A stretch of DNA of 64,000 nt from Octopus vulgaris. Its lineage: Eukaryota. Positions 54,860 to 64,000 of the stretch are shown piece by piece (the first letter of the stretch is position 1; each line of letters opens with the position of its first letter). Made by a program: the position numbers and the translations under genes. The notes under the pieces were generated by a model that saw only the letters and a program-made list of their open reading frames with translations, had not been told where the DNA came from and made no database searches. The stretch lies in NCBI GenBank assembly GCA_951406725.2, contig OX597817.1, positions 95,232,001 to 95,296,000 of the forward strand, read 5' to 3'.

Positions 54860-55480
54860 TATTTGCTTCTGAGGGATGACGTCAGCAGCTGGGGAGCTGA
54901 CCGGAATTTGGGGCTGACTGGAAGAGGAAGGGCGCAGGAGTGATGTGCGCGCAGGCAGGGGAGGATTGGGCCTTTTCGACCAGGGTAGCCGACAGGGCTG
55001 GACATGTGAGCGCTTCGACAAGGTAAGGGAAAAGGAGCTGCTATTTTAAGCGTTCGGGTCAGGCCACATGGAAGGGTGCGTTACCACCAGAGAGGTCTGC
55101 GTCGACGAAGAGAAGGCAGGTGTCTTTACTTCAAATCTCCTGCATACACCACAGCTTTGTAGTGATCGTATGTAACGGTGCGCGCGCGCGCACCGTCCTT
55201 TTCTGTTTCGCGCGTGCGGTGTTGGTGCCTTCACCAAGGCAGAGAGGAAGGGCCCTCTCGCGCATGCGCGAAGCACCGGAAGAAGGACCTTTTTGCCTAC
55301 GTGGCAGTTAGCCGAGGCAAGGGGATCGTAGGACGTTGACCACTAGCGTCCAGCAGCAGGCAGTGACTTGAGACAAAGCGACTGAAGGCAACGGACATAT
55401 ATTTTCTCTCTGTCAGGATTTGATAGCAGTCGGCCGAAGGCTTTTAACCAAATTGTTGCAGACCTCAGCCCTGACGCCAT
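54860..55480 (-). CDS. Putative PDSS1 first exon; 621 nt in frame but with TAG (55345-55343) and TAA (55048-55046)
   Basis: aaaaATGGCG start giving MASGLRSATIWLKAFGRLLS (resembles a mitochondrial targeting peptide); GTAAGT donor at 54859 in phase 0 of the same frame. Confidence 0.4.
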
Positions 55481-55510
55481 TTTTGACCCGTTCTGTTTTT
55501 AGCGGCTGAA
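54870..55510. promoter_or_regulatory. CpG-rich island with NRF1-, ETS- and YY1-like motifs
   Basis: The most prominent non-repeat GC/CpG-rich block seen: tcgcgcatgcgcga (55258-55271), ccggaag (55276-55282), cgccattttt (55475-55484). Confidence 0.65.
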
Positions 55511-55768
55511 CATTGTAAAATCTTACAAGCGATTAACTTTCAGCCTTGCACGCCCAATATCAAGCGGAACCAGATACACCACTTGTTTGTTACTGTCATA
55601 AGAGAATAAAGTAGATATATATTTTTTACGTTTGCGTCTTGTTGTTTCTGACTGGTAGAATCTGGATTTAAAAGCAACGGATAGTGATTGCACCAACTTG
55701 CACCCCAAAAGTGCAAGAGAAGATATTCACTTTCGTTACAGCTTCTTCAAAAAATCTCATCTTTACAG

Positions 55769-57737
55769 ATAATGCCTAACCGAAAACGATCAATGCTCTG
55801 TTCCAATTGGAATGCTCTCCTAAAACAGCGAAAAAGGGAGTTGCGTTCACAGGTACGTTTTTCAACATTCATATCATTTCGATTTTGCTTCCACACATTC
55901 TTCTGTATCCCATTTCAATATTGCACTTTCATATATCCTCTATTATTCCTTTCAGGTAACACCAGAAGCAAGAAAGGCCCGTCTTGCTGCACAGCGTAGT
56001 TGTGATCAACGCTCACTACTTGACGAGCCTGTTGAAACAAGGCAGGCCCGTCTTGCTTCCATGCGTATTCGAAATCAGCGCTCACTCCTTGTGGAGTCGG
56101 CAGAAGCAAGGCAGGCCCCTTTTGCCGCCCTGGGTGCTCCAATAAATGTGTAACGACACGCGGATGATAATTAAAACATTATACTCCCGAGTTCTGCAGG
56201 CAACCATCTTGAATGGACCAGCCGCTGGTCAAGATGTTCTTATAACTCTAATGTTTCTCAATCCCTCCAATACGATCTACAAGTTTAAGCGGCTTCAATT
56301 TCCTATCAAACCCTCCTTTGCAATGACAATAAATAAGGCACAGGGTCAATCATTGCAAATGGTTGGTTTAAATCTCACAGAGCAAGTGTTCTTCCACGGT
56401 CAACTTTACGTTGGATGCTCCCGTGTTGGCAGGACACAAAGTCTATACATTTGTGCATCAGAAGGGAAAACGAGAACCGTTGCTTACAAACAAGCGCTCC
56501 ACTGAAAAGACGGCATTTCTTCAGATCTTTCAAATCACCGCAGTCAATTTCTTTATTAATCATGAGGTTGAGAAAAAAAAAGAGGACGATACGAGGACAG
56601 ACAAAACAAACATTGGGGTCAGGATATCGAATGAGACGAAACGTATGAATAAACAAACAATTAAAATACATACAATTAAATGAGAATGAATGGTTTACAA
56701 AAAATGAAGCGGAGGACGCGGTCGACCCTACAAACCACATATTCACACTGAAGACTTTGCTTTTTCCTTTTCATATCCTCGTTTAAACAGGTTCTTTCAC
56801 TCGCAACATACTTGCTATAGACTTCCATCTTTTCCGTTTCATGTGGAAAACGAAAAAGTCGAATAGCTCGAGACTGGAGATAAACATGCTTGTTACAATT
56901 CCTTTCACTCTCGTCTTCCATACTACCTCCCTATTCAGGGAGGTCGGCGGAACGATCTTAATTACAGATTCGCTCGACAGTTGTACTCTTCTTGAATGCA
57001 ACAGCAGGTGTTCGACATAAGCCCAGAGCTCAGTCATCTTGGGGCATTGCATAATCGCGTGCAGGACAGTGACCTGCTCGCATCTTGCACAAACCGGCGA
57101 AGGCGCACACCCATGTCTAAAGAGTTTATCTCGAACCGGTAAAGCTCCTCTGTAATATTGCCAGACCAGGGACTTTTGGTAATTATCCATAGGCTGGCCA
57201 GCTGATCGTCGAAGCCTAGGGTTTCTCCCAGAACGTCGTTACACTTAAACTCTATTAACCCTCTATAGAAGAACGAGGTAGTACCCCAGCCACCGGCATT
57301 GCCAGGGCATCTTTCGCCTCAAAAGCTTCGTAGTCACTGTAACTCAATGACACACACCTAGACTCACTCACTCTCTTTCTCTCTCACATGCACACGTCCA
57401 CGTCCATTTCATATATCTTCTTTCAATTTCTGCTCTCTGAAAATAAAATTTTTACGGATATAACTGCTTACAAAAATAGGGATTAATGTATAATTTCTTT
57501 CTATGTTCATAATTAAATAAATGTTTTAATGATTAGACAGAGGTCCAATACAATAACACCTGAAGCTGTTTTCTGACAGAGATGGGGGAGGAATTTTCAT
57601 ACAACTGGAAGCTCCAATTGAAACAGGGGACCCGAAATGATAAGGTTGAGAAACGCTGTTATAGATTATGCCTAACCGAAAACGATCACAGCCACGTTAT
57701 CCAAACAGACAGGGTGAAACAGGGCTTAACTGCTAGT
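55769..57737 (+). mobile_element. Internally deleted Helitron (STPR-like N-terminal repeats and PIF1 C-terminus) containing a LINE fragment
   Basis: Spliced MPNRKRS...RSQ|VTPEARKARL..ETRQARL..; ORF 56146-56505 QFPIKPSFAMTINKAQGQSL..HGQLYVGCSRV; ctgCTAGt end near 57735. Confidence 0.75.
56760..57310 (-). mobile_element. L1/Tx1-type LINE C-terminal zinc-knuckle (zf-RVT-like) fragment
   Basis: ALPVRDKLFRHG..CARC..VLHAIMQCP..LW. Confidence 0.7.
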
Positions 57738-58211
57738 CAGTTTAATATAGTGGAGGTATGAATATTTACATCGTTCGGCGTTAATTAGCCGTTTACGTAA
57801 TATATGGCAAGGGCAAGTGTGTTTATTTTATAACAAATAACAGCTCGATACGCCTTACCTAACGCTTAGCTAGATTAATCCACTTCAGATTAAAATATAT
57901 TCTAAAATTAAAATAAAAACAATATTTATTTCATTTTCGATCAACTTCAGACAGCAATTTAGCAACTTAAAAACAAGGAGAAATATGTATTGTAAGACAC
58001 AAGGTTAAACTTGCCGGGTTTTTAACTCCAATACAAATAGAAATACTTACTTTGCGTTTCAAAAGACATGGAGTACAATTATGAACAGGATAATATTTTT
58101 GATTAAATGTAGTATATAGCCTTCGTATCATCCAGTCCACAGACAGTCGTGATATTGAGAAAATTCTGACACTACAACAGCAGCTCCTTACAAAAGTCAT
58201 CTTAGATAATC

Positions 58212-58250
58212 ATGTTCATCACCCCAATTAAGGACATTAATACAAAGACA
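58212..58250 (+). other. Possible first coding segment or exon end of an unidentified + strand gene
   Basis: Unique sequence with a candidate acceptor (cttcag, 57950) and ATG-MFITPIKDINTKT followed by GTAAGT; no homology recognised. Confidence 0.2.
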
Positions 58251-60568
58251 GTAAGTTTTACTTTGGCATTTTATTTTAAAAACTGCATTTTAATTGTCAA
58301 TAAAAATATTTAATTAATTGTAGTAGACAACTCATAATTATGAGATCTGTTATTTAATATACTGTAATAAATAGTACGCAACTATCTAATACTTTTGAGA
58401 GGCCTTATTTAAATTACTTTAACACGCCCTTTCATTTGTGCAAATAGGCTTATTGCCATTCAGTGAATTTAGCTGTTCATCTAACGATCAGGCTAGTTGA
58501 ACAATTGAGACTTAAGGAATTTGTTTTTGTTTTCACCTAAATTTATATTCAGTAAAATCTAAACGAGAACGAACATAAACAAAACATTACTCTTCCTACC
58601 CATTTGATAGTTGACGAAAAATACAAAAAATTTGTGTGAAGGGCAACAACTGTGCGCTTAATCATTTTTCAGTATTCTGTTAGTCCTTTTGTTTTATTAA
58701 CTTAGTTTTTAGTCCAAACTTGCTCCATTTTAAGTTTTGTGATTTAAATTGAATTAGATTAAAATTTTAGAGAATAACTGCGTTATTATATGGAGGATAA
58801 CGTTATATTTCAAAAAGTATTTACTGTTTGTCTACTAACTTCTTGATTACTTCCCTTCGTACGCTTTTCCCATTAGGTAAACTAGCTAGTCGCTTAATAA
58901 TCACACATTTGATTCCCAATTTGAGTAAATTTTTTTTATATATATTTACGTTCAATTTGTCTTTGTATCCTTCATCCATACGATAGTACTCAATACGAAA
59001 TAAATTTCGGGCATAACTTCAGAAGTGTGTACCCTATCAATTCTGTTTCCTCATAACTTTCTGGAAATGTATATTTTGATGAAGTTTTCTGCAAATATAT
59101 TTCAGATGGCGTAGATTACAGTCATGTCGGAATTTATCGTGAAAAACTTTTTCATTGCCTGGAAGCCATCATAAAAACAGTCAGTTTCAGACTCTCTTTT
59201 AGAACCTGTATAGTTGTAACTGCTCAGTTACAACTCTTTGAACTGTTCCTCGTTGCACACTTAATTCATCAAGAGTATGCCATCTCGAGCGATTGCTGAA
59301 GAAATTGCAACAGTTGAGAGGGTCGTGTCAGTTTATGTGAATGACAACACCGTCATGATGTCAAATACCACTAAAGTGAAGGCGGTCGACCCCAATCTAA
59401 AGAAATACGAGATGCTATCAGAGGTTAAAATCAATCTGGACAAACCAATAAGTAGCTGCTTGACATTTGGAAAAGAAAGTTCATGACGACATACATGGTG
59501 ATCTATCTTTCTGTATCAAATAGACTGCATCATCATCATCCTTCATGCAATATGCTTCTTTTTCTACGTAAATCTCCCCACTTTAAATATGTCTTTGTCA
59601 TTGCAAACCCCTTATCCATTGTCCTGGTGGCAAAGAAAAGATATCCTCATCATTATCATTATTGGTGGTGGTAGTGGTGGGGAAAAAAATCGCTTTGTGG
59701 TATTTTGCCAACTCTCAATATTCTGCTGAGCTTGACTTTGTTCAAATTCTGCTTATCTTGTATAGAAAGCTTGACTTTGCCTATCATCCATTTGGGAGGG
59801 GGGGCAATAAAATAAGAACCAGTTAAGTATCAGAGTTGATGTAACTGACTACCCCTCCCCTAAAACTGCTGAATTTCTGCTAAAATTTTGAAACAATTGT
59901 TATGATCCATCTATCAGTTTTTTCCACCCACTATTTCTTGGAAGGTCATGTAGCAGTAGAGTCCTCATGTACTGTTTCCATAGGGTCCTATCAGAAACAG
60001 CCACCATTAAACTTCCCTGCTTGATTCCAAAACATGACTAACTGAGACTATGGATATTATCAAACCATCTCACTTATGATTTCCCCCTAGGTTTCTTACT
60101 GGTTGGCTCTTTCATGTGATTCTTTCCTATGACATTCCAACCACATATCTATAGTACAAGAGTTGTGCTTTCTTAATGCAGAGAAGTACTGGCTCAACCT
60201 GGAGAGACTCCTTGAACTTTGAGCTACCTTCCTTTGGAGGAATCCCATTTCAGGCATTTGTACTCATGATTGTAATCTTTTGGTCATTATCCAACATCCA
60301 TTTCAGCCTCCTGCTTCCCATCACACATGAATCCAGCCCTTGAGATACTTCTTATATGACCCCTACACAGAATTTGAGATACCTATTATACAACTTCTTC
60401 ATAGAAAGTTTATAATACACTGATAAGTCTGATGTCTTGGAAATTTTAAATACACTGTTTTATAGGATTACAATTTTTAAACTGGATAATTGAACATTTT
60501 ATTTTCAGCATCCATCGCTTGAAGAAACACCATAGGTAAAACTATTTTTACACATACTTTTACACATA

Positions 60569-60851
60569 CGGTGGCACGTAAAAAGCACCATCCGAATCGT
60601 GGCCGATGCCAATGCCGCCTCGACTGGCTTCCGTGCCGGTGGCACGTAAAATGCACCAATCCGACCATGGCCGTTGCCAGCCTCGCCTGGCACCTGTGCA
60701 GGTGGCACGTAAAAAGCACCCACTACAATCACGGGGTGGTTGGCGTCCAGCTGTAGAAACACTGCCAGATAAGACTGGAGCCTGGCTTCCCAGATCCCTG
60801 GTCGAACCATCCAACCCATGGAGAACGGACGTTAAATGATGATGATGATGA
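60569..60851 (+). mobile_element. RTE family A 3' UTR fragment
   Basis: Three ggcacgtaaaa units and a (GAT)n tail. Confidence 0.8.
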
Positions 60852-63199
60852 TTAATATTTATACAAAGGCACCTAAAATTACACCTAATGCATAAATAAA
60901 ACTTTCAGTCTACATCAAACAAAATACCCACCCCTTATGGTAGCCACACATATACTGCATAGTTAAGTTATAAGATTTGTTTTCTGTTTCAGAACCAGCA
61001 ACATTCTATATCATGTGATTCTTTACAAGATAAAAGCTCACACAACACTGAAATAAAGCTAATTCCTCTGTGTCTCCCATGGTATTTTGATAATTTTACT
61101 AACAGGGATTTTGTTAAGGCAGATTTTCTATGGCTGGATGCCTCTCCTATCATAAAGTCTTGTGTGTTTCCAAGCAAGGTAATATTTCCTTATAGCTGGA
61201 CATGTTTTCCCAAAAGATTGGAAATGAATGGACACCACTTGTATGACAAGGATGTTTGTTTACAACAATATGCATTATCAAGCAAGGAGACCCAACCACA
61301 CACATGATGAGTGACTTTCAGTTTCCAGTTACCTAATCCACTTACAAGTGGCTACAGTTGAAGCTACTTGCCCCTTCTTGCTACGTGGTAGGACTGAGCT
61401 TAAAAGTACATGGTTGGGAAACACAGCTATAAATGTTTTCTTTTCTTTCCAAGTTCACAATTTTATTTTAATTCTTGTTGAAATTTATGTTTTTGAAAAA
61501 ATTAACTTTTAAGAATTAGCTTGGAGAGGAAGATCTTAGTTTTGTTAGAAGTTCTGGGGGAGAAAGATTGGTTAAAGTATCAAGGGTGAGACACAATAAA
61601 AGTAATATGAGCTGGGAAAGTATAGAGTTGTGTTTGGAAGAATAGAGAATATTATAAACATTTATAAGGTTTGTAATTTGTAGGGAAGGTAAAAGGAAAT
61701 GGTTGAATGCTGTTGAGTGGAGTTTTGCTTCTTAGGTGAATGGTTTCGTTTTTATGGGTTATAGATGTTGTATGGTGGGATCACTATCATTGAGGATTTA
61801 ACTTTATTTCAGTGTTGGGTGAGATTTTATCTTGTACAGAATCACAAGAAATTTAGAAGTTGCTGATTCTGAAACAGAAAACAAATCTAAACTATAAATT
61901 GAGTTGTATTAATATTTTGCTGCTACTAAAAATGAAACTTGGTTGTCATCAGTTCATAAAAGTTACTTTTGTAAACTATTTGATCATAGATGTGTATGTC
62001 TGTCAAAATTTATTGAATTTAGATGAGATTTGAGTACTGAAACATAAAAAGTACATGTTCGTTCAAGTGACAACAAATTGGTTATTTATAGAAAGTTTTA
62101 AGGTACATCTATTTTGACAGTGTGCTTTGGATGTTTTCCCAATAGAAGTTCAATACTACACAAATAGGCAAGTTTGGTAAATCAGTTTGCATTCTATTTG
62201 GAAGATGGTTTCATGCTAAAAACACTATTTTTGAAATCTTGAAGTGAGCTATCAATATCTACTGAAGCAGAATCACTAGATAGGAGTTATTGAATCCAGT
62301 AGCAGTGCCTAATGTTTCCTGGTTTAATAGAAAAGAAAAAAAAAAGATATAAATATGGTTAACTTTTCAAAGATGTGTTTAATAAGAGAAAAGAAATTAA
62401 AATCTTATTAACAGTAAGTTACCTCATTTTCTTAATTAGATTTCTAATCTGCATTAGATAACTAATGCTCAGTTAATGGTACAATTCTTTCTTTTATTTG
62501 TTTCAGTCATTTGACTGTGGCTATGCTGAAGCACTGCCTCAAAGGGTTTTAGTCAAAGAAATTGACCCCAGGACTTATTATTTGTAAGCCTAGTACTTAT
62601 TCTATCAGTTTCTTTTGCTAAACCACTAAGTTACAGGGACATAAACACACCAACATTGGTTGTCAAGCGATGGTGGGGGGACAAACACAGACACACAAAT
62701 ACATGCATATATATATATAGTAGCATTAAAGACCCGTCGTTACCGGGTCATAGTGCTAGTGCATGTATATATATATATGTGTACATATTACATGTACATC
62801 TATATATATACATCTACACATAAAATACAAAGTTATATCTTGATCTCGCTAGTGATAACAATACTCAAAATATATAACAGACTGGAATTGTTAGCCCGTC
62901 TCTTGTAATTTCGATCAATTGTATCTTGTCCTCCCTCTTGTATAGAAGTGTGGCTACAATCCAGCCTACCTCTACTTCGTTTAGTTTTGTATTGAATAAG
63001 AATTGTGTGTGTGTAACCAGTTGTATTTTGGGTGACATTTCTTGATTTAACCCTTTAGCATCAGATTACTCCAGCAAATGTAATGCTTATTTATTCACTT
63101 TGTTTTAAATTACTCATGCATTATCTCATAGTTTCAAGATTTCAATGATATGATTGTTTATTTTTAGTAAGACATTTTAGTGAGGTAGCTGTGAGATGA

Positions 63200-63960
63200 A
63201 CCCTAGTGGCTGAGACTTATAAATGGGTACATATCCTGCAGGCTGGAGAATGCCAGCAACATTGACAAGAATAGTAGCCTCTCCTGGACCTGCGATAAGT
63301 ACATCACATCTCATCATGAAGTCTATCCAAGAACAGGAGATAGCCACTAAATACCTCATCAACAAAAGTGATAGAAAAGTCTCTAAACCCTAATGCTGTG
63401 ATTATGCCATACCAATGTGGAAGGAATCACTCATATCATCAGTAGCTACCCAAAATGACTACAAGATACTTCTTCCCCATGAGACATGATATCATTATCA
63501 AAATGGTTTACAATGCTATACACAAGAAGGATTGTCCTGATGGCCATGCCGAAGGCACACAAGGACCAGAGAGTATCTACAACTTCAAAAATAAAGAATG
63601 ATGGTGGAAGATTCCAATAAAAGCAGCAACATAGTGTAAACACAACAGGTCAGATGTGGTTGCGTTGGACAGAGAGCAAAAGTCATACATTGTTTTAGAG
63701 ATCAGCTTCTAAGCAAATGTGAATGTTGCTTAAAAAATCATGGGAAAAGAGAACATCAATAGTGAACTGATGAGAAATCTAAAGCTCTTATAGCCAGGCT
63801 ACAGATTTTCATGTTTCTGTTGTACATGAACTGAGCTATGTTCAATAAAATCTAGAAAGGCTTAGTTTCTCAAAAGTAAAAAAATGGGAAAAAGTGAGAA
63901 CTGATTCACATTCTCCAAATACAATTGATCAGAGGAACAGTAAATATTTATAAAACATTT
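63200..63960 (+). mobile_element. Degraded R4/Dong-like LINE C-terminus (CCHC plus restriction-like endonuclease)
   Basis: Broken frames read CHTNVEGITHIISS..P..RHD and WW..PI..KHNRSDVVALD..LEIS (HNRPD-like). Confidence 0.5.
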
Positions 63961-64000
63961 CAGGGGATCTCCATTTGAGTATTCATGGGAGAACACATGC

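Noticed and set aside
56146-56505. Host PIF1 helicase gene
   Set aside because: Only the C-terminal motifs are present, in Helitron context with a CTAG end and a second decayed Helitron in the window.

Overview
Repeat-rich, AT-rich animal genomic DNA, most likely from an octopus (inferred from the SINE/RTE repeat types and abundant (TA)n; not database-confirmed). Two convergent, intron-rich genes are present: a PAF-acetylhydrolase (PLA2G7/PAFAH2 family) on + with 5 phase-consistent coding exons (2217-34009), and decaprenyl-diphosphate synthase subunit 1 (PDSS1-like) on - with 3 firm exons plus a problematic GC-rich first exon (55480-47353). No 3' exons of either gene were found; both point toward a 100-N gap at 42621-42720. 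The rest is mostly mobile DNA: two RTE LINE families, CR1-like and R4-like remnants, three Penelope-like (GIY-YIG) families, Helitrons, Tc1/mariner derivatives, MITEs and tRNA-SINEs. The most interesting signals are a set of minimal hammerhead-ribozyme motifs with palindromic stem III and variant cores in Penelope terminal repeats, nested inverted repeats in the 23-kb PAF-AH intron, and a 621-nt in-frame PDSS1 leader interrupted by two stop codons. Repeat boundaries are approximate and were read by eye.
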